Virus record (IMG/VR): IMGVR_UViG_3300020280_000007
Coordinates: 1 to 39,059 of that record
Direction: 5' to 3' (one strand)
Length of the DNA stretch: 39,059 nt
Source of the DNA: a virus
Lineage: Duplodnaviria > Caudoviricetes
The position numbers and the translations under genes are program-made. The first letter of the stretch is position 1. Each line of letters begins with the position of its first letter. The notes under the pieces are model-generated. The model had not been told where the DNA came from. It did no database searches and was given only the letters and a program-made list of their open reading frames with translations. Shown one piece after another: positions 16,759-26,506 of this stretch.

Positions 16759-17087
16759 TTTATCTGAATAGTTACGTTTCTGCGTATTATGTGGAAACCA
16801 AACGGAGTACAACAGATACCGCTTACCTCACCTTCTGAAAGTTGTTCCAGGTAAACCATAAAAAGTTTATCCATCTGTTGACGTTTTATAATTCCAAGAT
16901 CGCCACCATTTGCTTTTCCGCTAGGACAATCGCTGTACATCTTCGCGGCTTGTTCAAATGATAGTTCTTTATCTAGTAATTTCTTTTGTATGTCCGCAAT
17001 CAAAAATAATGCTTCTTCTCTAGAAACATTTCTTTGACTTCTTGTTGCGTCTTGGTGTGCAATTAATATATGACTGGCTCTAAGCAT
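16746..17087 (-). CDS. Parvulin-type peptidyl-prolyl isomerase (PpiC-like)
   Basis: RASHILI, YSDCPS..GGDLG and TPFGFHII motifs. Confidence 0.9.
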   Translation of the reverse strand: MLRASHILIAHQDATRSQRNVSREEALFLIADIQKKLLDKELSFEQAAKMYSDCPSGKANGGDLGIIKRQQMDKLFMVYLEQLSEGEVSGICCTPFGFHIIRRNVTIQINQSP

Positions 17088-17721
17088 TTTTTAAATATTT
17101 CCAACTTATTGGAAACTCCTCTGTACAAATTTTATGTATTTCATTTGCAACTTCACGTGTTTCTTCTTGAGTATCTTTTGCACATCTTAGATTGCATACT
17201 CTTGCGAAAGCATATAAAGTTCCTGACCAAATCCATTCTGTCATCATACTTTGTGGCAGTACCATTCTTGCTTGTTCAGGTGCGATACCTTTTTCAATTA
17301 ATGCTTTATAGATTATTTTGCATTGTTGCATGGTCATATCTAATCTATGTTGTTCATTGCTGTCTATGGAAACCGTGCCATCTGAACCTTGTTTTGAGTT
17401 TTGAGGTCGGCCTCTCCATTCTTTTGGTTCGTATAGTTCCGGTTCGTAGTCCACGTAACGTCTACTGATTTCATTCCATACAAGTCCCACTTGATGTTTT
17501 ACAAGTTGTCTTGCGACAAAAACTGGAGCCTTTATTCTAAATTGTAAACTTGCGTGTGCAAATGGCGACCAATGATTATGCTCTGCTAAAAATTTAATTA
17601 ATTTTTCGTCTTTGTCTTCAAAACTATCTTTAAATTTTGCGTAAGATACTCTAGCGGCATTAACAACGGAAAGATCTGTTCCCATTTTATCTACTAATTC
17701 AACTTTTAAATTACTTGTCAT
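17080..17721 (-). CDS. thyX: Flavin-dependent thymidylate synthase
   Basis: NAARVS, HWSPF, RQLVKHQ..NEISRRY and ARMVLP motifs. Confidence 0.95.
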   Translation of the reverse strand: MTSNLKVELVDKMGTDLSVVNAARVSYAKFKDSFEDKDEKLIKFLAEHNHWSPFAHASLQFRIKAPVFVARQLVKHQVGLVWNEISRRYVDYEPELYEPKEWRGRPQNSKQGSDGTVSIDSNEQHRLDMTMQQCKIIYKALIEKGIAPEQARMVLPQSMMTEWIWSGTLYAFARVCNLRCAKDTQEETREVANEIHKICTEEFPISWKYLKNA

Positions 17722-18034
17722 TAAAGTATTTTTTCAGTTTATCTTGTTCACCCGAGTGTTTTTCATAATCAGGTAATGGGTCTTTCTTAACATCTATCAC
17801 TTCCCATTTCTGAGACCAAGTTTTATTAAACTCTACCCAGTGTTCTCCTTCGGGATCTTGATCGGATTTTATTGCGTCTTCTGGACATTCTGGTTCGCAT
17901 ACACCACAATCTATACATTCGTCTGGATTGATGACCAGCATATTCTCGCCTTCATAAAAACAATCCACTGGACATACGTCAACGCAATCGGTGTGTTTAC
18001 ACATTATACACTTATCATTTACAACATATGTCAT
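17711..18034 (-). CDS. fdxA: FdxA-family ferredoxin
   Basis: [18 protein letters not shown]..[12 protein letters not shown]. Confidence 0.92.
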   Translation of the reverse strand: MTYVVNDKCIMCKHTDCVDVCPVDCFYEGENMLVINPDECIDCGVCEPECPEDAIKSDQDPEGEHWVEFNKTWSQKWEVIDVKKDPLPDYEKHSGEQDKLKKYFNDK

Positions 18035-18041
18035 AACGTAT

Positions 18042-18956
18042 TTAAATGTTTTGTAACTGAATCATAGTTGCCGCAAGATTTATTTCTGGGTCAGCAACCA
18101 ATGTGTGATCAACTAGTCCTTTTTTAATTATTAGTATTGCCTTTTCTTGTCTCGCTTCATCACCAAATAAAGTAATATTGTCATACAGCCATTTATAAAT
18201 GTCTTCTATCTCATCTGGACGTGCTTGACTGCACACCAGTTTCCTTGCTTCTGTAATTTTGCCTTGTTTGAATAGTTCAGTCATTTCTAATTTGTAGTCT
18301 GCTTCTGCTTTGTCTGATTTATTCGGAGCCATTAGTTCTGTGTCTGTAGAATTAAGTTGAACTGTATTGATACATTTTCTTAGATCCGGATAGTGTGCTT
18401 TCACATAAGTGTCTAGTATATCCAAGTCCGGAGTTATACCTTCATCCATTAGTATCTTTGCCACCCTTGTTGTAAATTCTGTTTGGTCAATACGTTCTAT
18501 ATGGAAGCCTTGACATCTGCTGTGAAGTGCTGGAATCACTCTGTTAGGATAGTTACAAGTTAATATGAATCTACTTGTTGTATGATACTCTTCCATTACA
18601 CCACGCAGTGCCGCCTGTGCGTTTGGAGATAGATAATCTGCCTCATCAAGCAATACAACCTTGTATGCACCAAACGGAATCATTTGGACAAAGTTTATTA
18701 TAGTGTTTCTTATGTCATCAACACTATTTGTTCTACTTGCATTTATTTCTAATATATCTAGATCATTCACTTCTAATTCGTTGAATAAAACTTTTGCAAG
18801 TGTAGTCTTACCTATACCTGCGTTACCGCTAAACAATAAGTGCGGAATAGTTTTCTCTTTTATCCATTGCTGGACTTGTTTCTTTTGTTGATCATCTCTA
18901 AAGACATATTCATCTATTGTCTTAGGACGATATTTTTCTACCCAAAGTTCTTTCAT
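18042..18956 (-). CDS. Sliding-clamp loader ATPase subunit (RFC small subunit / T4 gp44-like)
   Basis: [31 protein letters not shown] and SRC motifs. Confidence 0.93.
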   Translation of the reverse strand: MKELWVEKYRPKTIDEYVFRDDQQKKQVQQWIKEKTIPHLLFSGNAGIGKTTLAKVLFNELEVNDLDILEINASRTNSVDDIRNTIINFVQMIPFGAYKVVLLDEADYLSPNAQAALRGVMEEYHTTSRFILTCNYPNRVIPALHSRCQGFHIERIDQTEFTTRVAKILMDEGITPDLDILDTYVKAHYPDLRKCINTVQLNSTDTELMAPNKSDKAEADYKLEMTELFKQGKITEARKLVCSQARPDEIEDIYKWLYDNITLFGDEARQEKAILIIKKGLVDHTLVADPEINLAATMIQLQNI

Positions 18957-19060
18957 AATACCACCGTTAAAATTATTAATATAACGCCAACCAACGCAAG
19001 GAAATATCCTGGTGCGTGTAATAGCGGAATACGTTCAATAAAAAGCATTAACTTTTTCAT
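18953..19060 (-). CDS. Small single-TM peptide (35 aa)
   Basis: Not in track. [35 protein letters not shown]; ATGA overlaps at both ends. Confidence 0.65.
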   Translation of the reverse strand: MKKLMLFIERIPLLHAPGYFLALVGVILIILTVVL

Positions 19061-19134
19061 ACCATAGGTACCCAGTACATAATTGCTACAATCATTATAC
19101 TTGTGATTGCTATCGCTGTCAATAGTGGTCCCAT
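19057..19134 (-). CDS. Small hydrophobic peptide (25 aa)
   Basis: Not in track. MGPLLTAIAITSIMIVAIMYWVPMV; TAATG and ATGA coupling. Confidence 0.55.
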   Translation of the reverse strand: MGPLLTAIAITSIMIVAIMYWVPMV

Positions 19135-19889
19135 TATATTAGGTTCCTTTTTATTAGTTTCATTATCCTTCTTTTCATTTTAAATCTGTTGAAATAGTCA
19201 TAACACTTCTGCAATGATATAATATTTTCATCGTGATCTTTTAGTGTACCACACATATACTCTGGACTCCTTTCAGCGAGTTGTCTAAACTCCGCATCGT
19301 CGAATTCAATTAATTTAATTTTTTCGCTTGTATTAAATTTAATATATAATAACGCATCACCCTCTTTGATGTCAATAGTTGTTACATCCTTTTTAATTTG
19401 AAACACAGGCTTTCCTGCAGGTCTAAACCAATTTCCTATATCAAAAGATGCCGTGATTGTATTTGTCTTGTTGGTGTAATCGTTATTGTCATAGTAGGCA
19501 GGTAATTGGTTAATCATTAGACTTTTTTCCGCAAAGAACAAATATCCCATTGCTCCTACCTGATGTAGTCCCCATTTGCCTTGCGGGTTTCCTAAAAATA
19601 ATTGTGCGAAGTCAGGACTTTGTTTTTCTATATTGACTCTGCTTTGTGCTTCATCTATATTGATTTTCATGTCCATTGGACTTTTAATGACAAATACATT
19701 TTTAATATCGTCCACTATGGAAGGACACTTGCTCACCATAGGCCCAAAGAATTTTTGCCAGTCCATGTGTTTAGTTAGAGGCACAGGCTCGCTTATACGT
19801 AGGGCACTCAACATTGACTTTGTGTTCAAACCCATCTGTTGGATCTTGTCGTGTCCAACGTATGACCTAGTCCAATATACTTTTATCAT
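19134..19889 (-). CDS. Conserved marine phage hypothetical protein (251 aa)
   Basis: KCPS..VFVIKSP.D and FDIGNWFRP motifs; coupled to the SET gene. Confidence 0.75.
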   Translation of the reverse strand: MIKVYWTRSYVGHDKIQQMGLNTKSMLSALRISEPVPLTKHMDWQKFFGPMVSKCPSIVDDIKNVFVIKSPMDMKINIDEAQSRVNIEKQSPDFAQLFLGNPQGKWGLHQVGAMGYLFFAEKSLMINQLPAYYDNNDYTNKTNTITASFDIGNWFRPAGKPVFQIKKDVTTIDIKEGDALLYIKFNTSEKIKLIEFDDAEFRQLAERSPEYMCGTLKDHDENIISLQKCYDYFNRFKMKRRIMKLIKRNLI

Positions 19890-20209
19890 TAATTTCCTTG
19901 ATCGTCAAAATCATCATACAATGAATATTGAGCAGTAAGTTCTTCTCCGGCCTTTATAGGTTTAACAGTCATTAGATATTTTACAGGAAGTTGATGCCAG
20001 AAACCTGCAACATTTTTACAATTAGGTTCGTCTGAATGATTGTAAAATGCACCAAGGGCCGTTCTTATTGCACCATGCGGAAAATTTTTATTCAAGATAT
20101 GCACTATACCAAGTACAACATCTGCGTCAAAGTCTTTCGTGGCGAACACACCAAGTCCTTGCACTTTAGACTCTTTAATTGTTATTCCATCTGGTAATGG
20201 TTTATACAC
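19889..20209 (-). CDS. Minimal SET-domain protein (putative lysine methyltransferase)
   Basis: GLGVFA, FYNHSDEPNC and IKAGEELTAQY match the SET signatures GxG, NHS and ELxxxY. Confidence 0.88.
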   Translation of the reverse strand: MYKPLPDGITIKESKVQGLGVFATKDFDADVVLGIVHILNKNFPHGAIRTALGAFYNHSDEPNCKNVAGFWHQLPVKYLMTVKPIKAGEELTAQYSLYDDFDDQGN

Positions 20210-20382
20210 TAGATGTCCTTCTTCTTATAATATTCTTGTCCTATACCGCTCATTATTAGTAAGACATATAGTATGGGCCATGCCCAACCATTAAGATGTC
20301 CTAATATATGAAGCGTCATTAACACAATGCCAGTCAATCCTGTTGTGTTAATACCTTTACTTCTTATTTCTGGAATTCTCAT
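20209..20382 (-). CDS. Small two-TM membrane protein (57 aa)
   Basis: Not in track. MRIPEIRSKGINTTGLTGIVLMTLHILGHLNGWAWPILYVLLIMSGIGQEYYKKKDI; its TAG overlaps the GTG of the SET gene. Confidence 0.75.
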   Translation of the reverse strand: MRIPEIRSKGINTTGLTGIVLMTLHILGHLNGWAWPILYVLLIMSGIGQEYYKKKDI

Positions 20383-20388
20383 ATGCAT

Positions 20389-20417
20389 AGTATAATGGCA
20401 CTATGCTAATTTGTCAA
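20389..20417 (-). promoter_or_regulatory. Near-consensus sigma70 promoter, leaderless
   Basis: TTGACA-N17-TATACT-N6-ATG(20382). Confidence 0.75.
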
Positions 20418-20420
20418 GTG

Positions 20421-20810
20421 TTACTTGCCCTCAGCCACGTAAGGTTTTTCGGAATCTGTTTTTCTGGTAAGTTGAGTATCTGGTTTTGTTTTTGATACTC
20501 CTAAAACGGATTGTGCCTCTACTGCCCTAACTGTGATTGTGCCTTCTTGTGCCATTTCTACTTTTAAGCCTCTAGTCCATCTGCCATGTTCTACCAATAT
20601 CCAATCACCGACTTCATAATCATCTGTGTTCTCATGACCTTTCGCAAGTACCCTACACCATCTTGGGTGTATACCTCTTGCCATTCCGTCATCACCAGGA
20701 ATAATTATTCCGCCAGCAGTCTTTTGCTCGCCGAATTCCATATCGGTGACCAGCACTCTGTCATGGATTGGTGTGATTGTTTCCGCTTGGTAGACGTTAA
20801 CAGTTGACAT
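20421..20810 (-). CDS. groES: GroES/Cpn10-like co-chaperonin
   Basis: PIHDRVLV, KTAGGIIIP and VGDWIL motifs. Confidence 0.85.
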   Translation of the reverse strand: MSTVNVYQAETITPIHDRVLVTDMEFGEQKTAGGIIIPGDDGMARGIHPRWCRVLAKGHENTDDYEVGDWILVEHGRWTRGLKVEMAQEGTITVRAVEAQSVLGVSKTKPDTQLTRKTDSEKPYVAEGK

Positions 20811-20813
20811 TAA

Positions 20814-21152
20814 TTATTTTTCTTTTTTTACAAAATTACCTTCAGCATCTTCAACCCAATCTTCTTTGGACTCTTCTGCTTTTGGTTCTACAGGTGCTTC
20901 AGCATCTACTACTGGTTCCGCACCTTTTTCAACTACAGGTACCTTGCTTGGATTGTCTCTGTAATAGTCAGCAAGAACATCTTCTCTTTTCTTAACTATT
21001 TTACCGCCTGCACCTAATTCGTCTCCTCTAGCATTTACTTTTGCGTTACCAACAGCAATTTCTAGTTCGTTTCTTTTTCTTAAAAGGTCCATGTCCACGG
21101 CTTTACCTTGCATGGTTTTGTACGTCTTTCTGCCTGTTTGTTTTACTGCCAT
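20814..21152 (-). CDS. Conserved phage hypothetical protein (112 aa)
   Basis: AVGN..VNARGDELG.GG motif; AGGAG SD; ATAAATA at 21182-21176. Confidence 0.8.
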   Translation of the reverse strand: MAVKQTGRKTYKTMQGKAVDMDLLRKRNELEIAVGNAKVNARGDELGAGGKIVKKREDVLADYYRDNPSKVPVVEKGAEPVVDAEAPVEPKAEESKEDWVEDAEGNFVKKEK

Positions 21153-21178
21153 TTCTGTTTCTCCTATTATGTATGTAT

Positions 21179-21700
21179 TTATCTAAGGAACTCCTGCCAG
21201 TCTAAGTCATATTGAATTGAATCAACCTTGTGTACTCCTAATAAGAATAACACATAACTGGCTACCGAACTACCTCTTCCTACACCCCATACAATCTTGT
21301 TATCACGCATGAACGTTACCAAAAAGTGTAAGAACTTTAATAAATTTTCGAAACCCATCTTTTTAAATGCTTGTAATTCATCTTTGACTCTCTGTCTTGC
21401 AATGTCTGTGTCTGGACACACTTTATCCAAATATTTTTCAATGTCAAACTGCTTGTAACTGTTCGGCATGAACCATTCATTTTGTAATAAGGAATCAAAC
21501 TCTTCCAAACTGATGTCCATTTTTTCATAGAACTTCAATGACTGTCCTGTGCCTGTGTCTTTTACTGCTTGATTGAACTGCTTGGTATCTTCATTGACTT
21601 CTGTGTACACTTTGAATAAAGTATCCAATTTACCCTTGTAAATCAAATCCATTAAATCATCTGTGCCATACTTAGGCAGTCCTAAAGAATCAATTTGCAT
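21179..21700 (-). CDS. Stand-alone N-terminal piece of a DNA polymerase III alpha (DnaE)-like protein (173 aa)
   Basis: RVKDEL..FKKMGF..IVWGVGRGSSVASYVLFLLGV..VDSIQYDLDWQEFLR aligns with DnaE RLxxEL..MGF..VGPGRGSxAGSLVAYxLGIT..DPxxYxLLFERFL and stops before PDIDxD. Confidence 0.8.
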   Translation of the reverse strand: MQIDSLGLPKYGTDDLMDLIYKGKLDTLFKVYTEVNEDTKQFNQAVKDTGTGQSLKFYEKMDISLEEFDSLLQNEWFMPNSYKQFDIEKYLDKVCPDTDIARQRVKDELQAFKKMGFENLLKFLHFLVTFMRDNKIVWGVGRGSSVASYVLFLLGVHKVDSIQYDLDWQEFLR

Positions 21701-21705
21701 ATCTA

Positions 21706-21734
21706 ATTGTAACTGATTTTGACTAATAAGTCAA
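21706..21734 (-). promoter_or_regulatory. sigma70-like promoter, leaderless
   Basis: TTGACT-N17-TACAAT-N5-ATG(21700). Confidence 0.65.
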
Positions 21735-21839
21735 TAATCTTCTTGCTTTTAGTTTGGCTTTGGATGCCAGTTTGCGTTTGAATTTCTTTCTATCCGATCT
21801 TAATTTGGCAGATTTTTGCCTTACTGATGTTTTTTGCAT
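21723..21839 (-). CDS. Small very basic peptide (38 aa)
   Basis: Not in track. MQKTSVRQKSAKLRSDRKKFKRKLASKAKLKARRLLTY; fills an intergenic gap; no clear SD. Confidence 0.5.
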   Translation of the reverse strand: MQKTSVRQKSAKLRSDRKKFKRKLASKAKLKARRLLTY

Positions 21840-21847
21840 TCTTTATA

Positions 21848-22084
21848 TTACTCGATATTGATTAAATTGTCAAGATCCTTACCGCTGTCTTTGGCAAGTT
21901 TCTTTTGTTCCTCATACCAACGCATTTTGAGTTCTTCTTGGAGATCAATTATAAAGAAATTAAGTTGTTTCTGTAGTTCAGGATTACGTGCTCTTAGGTA
22001 TTTTGTTCTAAGTTCTTGTAATTGTTTTTCTATTTCGGCTGTTGGGACTTGTTTTAGATCCTTGCTGAAAGGGTGTAAAGACAT
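21848..22084 (-). CDS. Small helical hypothetical protein (78 aa)
   Basis: HPF..DL and LDNLINIE; coiled-coil-like; follows the structural block. Confidence 0.75.
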   Translation of the reverse strand: MSLHPFSKDLKQVPTAEIEKQLQELRTKYLRARNPELQKQLNFFIIDLQEELKMRWYEEQKKLAKDSGKDLDNLINIE

Positions 22085-22088
22085 AACA

Positions 22089-22637
22089 TTATGAAAACTG
22101 TCCTACAAAATGAACATAAACCGTTTGACCTTTGTCAAATGAGTATGCTTCGAATACTTTTGGATTAGCCGCACTGTCGATTGAAACTGGTTGACTGAAA
22201 TCTGCTTTCACTGTTCCACCGTTTGTTGCAAATGTAACGTTTCTAGCGCCACCTGATTGAACTAATTGTATCACAACCTTTTCCATTGAATTGTCGTTTT
22301 GTGTCCAATCAGTCATTGTAATTGTTAGATCACCACCCACTGTTGCGTGTTGGAAATTTCCGTTTGTAGTTGAAAGGTTAGCCGCTGAAGTAATAGTACC
22401 TATTGCGTGTGTTTTGATGAAGTTTTGTTTCATCAACATTCCAGTTATTTCGTTGCCTGAAAAGTTGTTTCCCGCATTTTTTCTAGCATAGTTTGTTGTA
22501 ACTTCTGCTATATGCGTTTTTGTAATCGTGAAATTGTTTTTGATTGTAGAGAAATTATCTCTAAAACCTTGACTGTTGTTATCTTGTCCAGCAACTGGAA
22601 ATGTTTGGTCTATACTAGTATCGTCTATTGTGCTCAT
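22089..22637 (-). CDS. Virion structural (baseplate/fibre-associated) protein (182 aa)
   Basis: FPVAGQDNNSQGFRDNF..IKNNF motif; beta-rich C-terminus; ATAAATA at 22662-22656. Confidence 0.7.
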   Translation of the reverse strand: MSTIDDTSIDQTFPVAGQDNNSQGFRDNFSTIKNNFTITKTHIAEVTTNYARKNAGNNFSGNEITGMLMKQNFIKTHAIGTITSAANLSTTNGNFQHATVGGDLTITMTDWTQNDNSMEKVVIQLVQSGGARNVTFATNGGTVKADFSQPVSIDSAANPKVFEAYSFDKGQTVYVHFVGQFS

Positions 22638-22663
22638 ATTTTAATGTCCTACTGTTATTTATC

Positions 22664-25600
22664 CTATATATTATATCCATAGTCAGGAAAGAGTACGTAC
22701 TGATCCTCATTATTACCAGTAGTACCTTCTACCACGTATCTATCTATTTCAAAATTAATTTGTCTAATGTCAAATGTGCTGTTTTTGATTGCCAGTCTAA
22801 CAGATTCCGCTTGTCCGGGTTTACAGAAGCATAATGGTGCCGCAGGCGTATATCCAAGAGCCGCCAAACTACCTGCCTGTGCTGTTCTCATCCACAATGG
22901 TAAAAGTGCACCTTCAGTGGACCCCACCGCTTTTACTTTGTCACGCATATTACTAATGTTGCTGATATATCTTGTGTAATCATCTGACGCACTTGCTTTT
23001 ATTAAATTGCTGTCTACTTTAATCACAGCATTCTTTGGTCTGAATCTAAATGGATCTGCAGGACTTTCTTGCAATGAACCAACCAACAAGTCTGGACCAG
23101 AAACCATATCAACAAATAATTGACCATTAGGCACATTTATCAATAGTCTACCTGTTCTTGCCAATATTTCTAAATCTTGACCTACTGCTCCAACTGTGAC
23201 TGCGGATCCCTCTCTTACGAAAATTGTATAAGTTGAACCTCCAACATTCAGTTTGGTCACATCATCAGTGACTTCTAATTGTGTTTGATTTACTTTTACT
23301 TTATTTTGTGGTATGATGCTTATTTTATTTGCTGTTTTTCCAGTAGTAGAATCTTTAGGGTCTACTATTGTTGCGTAAACTACTTCGTAAGCCGGCGTTG
23401 TTGTGCCTTCAAAATTTGCCACTGCTGTTTTTATTTCTCCAAAATTAAATCTTCTTCTTTTGTGATTACTTGAACTTGCTGAAACGTAATGTGCCACTTG
23501 TTTCTTTTCAATACCTGCATATAGAAGCATTTTTAAATTTTTTTGTAAACCAAAGTCTTTGTCTGTTGGTCTATAAATTTTGTCTGGGTCAAATATATTT
23601 GAATCACTAATAAAATCTTTGAAATAAGTCCTCTGCGATTCCTTTAACAATGGTTGAACATAAAGATTAGTGTATTCTTCTGCACCACCTATAGTAGTTT
23701 TAATTTTAAAAGTTCTTTCAATAGAACTAAATCCGAATCTATCTTGTGCCCTTACTGTGAATGAATAATTTGCATCGACAGTCGTTGTGCCGCCATCAAA
23801 TGTAAATGCTCTACTATCAAATGCCGTTACTCCAGGTGATGATCCTTCTGGATTTAATCTTACTTTTCCAACTATCTCACCATTAATTGTTAATGCTAAT
23901 CCTGGTGGAAGTGTTCCACTTGTTAAAATGTATTTTAATCTTGCATCTGGCACGGTACTTGTTGCCGTTACACGTAGATGACTCATTAAATTTGCTTTTA
24001 TCGTACCTAACTCACTTTCACTAGTCCAAGTAATTGTGCTGTCAACTTCTCCTAAAACTTTTACACTAAAAGTTTTTGTTGCTTTTGGTTCTGTGTCTGT
24101 GCTTGATAATAAAAAGTCTTTGGTATATGTGACACCTTTGAAAGCCGCTATTGAAATATTTTGTTCATTTACAAATGATGTTTGCAAAGGAACATTTAGA
24201 ACTAGTTTTTCCATTGCAGTCATTGTGTTAATACCTTGCAACGCAGGTTCACCCTCATTCAAAATAGTTTGTATATCCTCAATTACATAGTCTACACCGC
24301 CTAGAGTCAAAGTTTTATTTTTGTATTTGTCTTTTGACACCCTATTAAAGATGAATATCTCATTGTTTGCCCTGTTTATCAAAGTAGGGTTAGTTTTATA
24401 ATTGCTTGGATTGTACACGTTTCCTGTGTACACTTTTAAATCTGTTGCTTCTAAATTTTTATTTAATGTTAATACATCGAACTTTGCATTGGTTCCATTT
24501 ACACCTATGACTGTGTATTCTACATCGTTTATTTTAATTTTTTCATTTAATAAACTATTAAGATCGTCTAGTCCATCTTGTTGTCCTAATGGAAGTTTAT
24601 TAATTTTTAATTCATCTGTGCCGTGTTGCTGATCTTCGTAAGGAATAATGTTCACTGTAACAAAATCTACACCTGTTCCTCTTCTTACGGCTGTCACTGT
24701 GAATTTATATTCTTTAGTAATCATCGGCTGGTATGGTACTCTACCTGCTATTTCGCCAGTCTTAATATCTAATGTTGTCCCTTCCGGCAATTCGCTGAAT
24801 GTTCCATCAGGATTTTTATTTTCTAAATAATAATTGACTGTGCCTGCAATAGTATTTGGATCATATAATTCTAAATATATTGTTACATAATTGTTTGCTC
24901 TTTTAAATCCTAAATCTGCTGGAGTCAACCACTGTGGGTTACGTAAGAATGTGCCATCAGATGTGAATACTCCTGAACCAACTTGTATAATTGTATTGTC
25001 CGCTCTGAGGAAATCGTCACCTACTACAAATATTTGAAATGTCCTACTTGCTGTAGAATCTCCATCTGTAACGTTGACGGTAAAAGAATAATATCTGTTT
25101 AATTTTCTAGTGACTCTTGTTGTGACGTTTGAATTGTATAGTGCTTCGTAATTTTGAATGTCAAAATAGAAACTTTGATTAGCAACTGCTCCGTCTATAC
25201 CAAAGTCGAATGGTGCACTGGCATAATCGTTTGAATCATAATAACCTGTGCTTGACTGTATGTCTAAAGCCAGTATAGGATCCACAGTTCCTGAGATCTT
25301 TCCCGAAGATGATAGTGTGAGTCCTGGTGGCAATTCACCTCCACCTTCTGGAATATAATATTCTAATGTTGTGTTTGCACTTAAATCAGCATCTATGGCT
25401 GACAATTGGAAATCTATCCTAGCACTATCTAATATGAATAATTGATTATTATCACCTATTTTTAAAAGTCCTGCGGGTGTTACCCAAGTAGGAGCGTCAG
25501 GCCCTTGTACGTTTATCGTAAACGTTCTATCCTGTACTCTAGTGTCATGTTTTGCTCTTAAACAAAATTCAAATGTGCTGTTTCTACTGACTTGAAAAGG

Positions 25601-25765
25601 TGTTCCTGTAATTGTGGTGCCAGCCAATCGCAATCCAGGTGGAATAGTGCCTGCTATTTTTGTAATTGTGTCTGCTCCTGACACAGGCAAATTAATTGTT
25701 GTGGCTACTTTTTCCTGTAAAGTTCCTAAATTATGCCCTGTCTGTACTGTCCATATCGAATGCAT
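22664..25765 (-). CDS. Large virion/baseplate protein with putative Ig (He_PIG-like) repeats (1033 aa)
   Basis: Repeated G.LPPGL.L...G.I.G and Y.FTV.A motifs; ATAAATA-N5-ATG. Confidence 0.75.
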   Translation of the reverse strand: MHSIWTVQTGHNLGTLQEKVATTINLPVSGADTITKIAGTIPPGLRLAGTTITGTPFQVSRNSTFEFCLRAKHDTRVQDRTFTINVQGPDAPTWVTPAGLLKIGDNNQLFILDSARIDFQLSAIDADLSANTTLEYYIPEGGGELPPGLTLSSSGKISGTVDPILALDIQSSTGYYDSNDYASAPFDFGIDGAVANQSFYFDIQNYEALYNSNVTTRVTRKLNRYYSFTVNVTDGDSTASRTFQIFVVGDDFLRADNTIIQVGSGVFTSDGTFLRNPQWLTPADLGFKRANNYVTIYLELYDPNTIAGTVNYYLENKNPDGTFSELPEGTTLDIKTGEIAGRVPYQPMITKEYKFTVTAVRRGTGVDFVTVNIIPYEDQQHGTDELKINKLPLGQQDGLDDLNSLLNEKIKINDVEYTVIGVNGTNAKFDVLTLNKNLEATDLKVYTGNVYNPSNYKTNPTLINRANNEIFIFNRVSKDKYKNKTLTLGGVDYVIEDIQTILNEGEPALQGINTMTAMEKLVLNVPLQTSFVNEQNISIAAFKGVTYTKDFLLSSTDTEPKATKTFSVKVLGEVDSTITWTSESELGTIKANLMSHLRVTATSTVPDARLKYILTSGTLPPGLALTINGEIVGKVRLNPEGSSPGVTAFDSRAFTFDGGTTTVDANYSFTVRAQDRFGFSSIERTFKIKTTIGGAEEYTNLYVQPLLKESQRTYFKDFISDSNIFDPDKIYRPTDKDFGLQKNLKMLLYAGIEKKQVAHYVSASSSNHKRRRFNFGEIKTAVANFEGTTTPAYEVVYATIVDPKDSTTGKTANKISIIPQNKVKVNQTQLEVTDDVTKLNVGGSTYTIFVREGSAVTVGAVGQDLEILARTGRLLINVPNGQLFVDMVSGPDLLVGSLQESPADPFRFRPKNAVIKVDSNLIKASASDDYTRYISNISNMRDKVKAVGSTEGALLPLWMRTAQAGSLAALGYTPAAPLCFCKPGQAESVRLAIKNSTFDIRQINFEIDRYVVEGTTGNNEDQYVLFPDYGYNI

Positions 25766-25807
25766 AATGATATTTATCGTGGATTAGAGTTGTAGTGTAA
25801 GTGATTA

Positions 25808-26503
<696 letters not shown>

Positions 26504-26506
26504 TTA

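Noticed and set aside
20209-20382. MRIPEI N-terminus as a member of the capsid-tag set
   Set aside because: It is a membrane protein under a sigma70 promoter outside the array. Probably a chance match, which shows the short motif has false positives.
21179-21700. DnaE piece as an intein-split, intron-split or frameshifted gene
   Set aside because: No intein-like extension is present, and the downstream DNA holds a promoter, an SD and an unrelated gene rather than a continuation.
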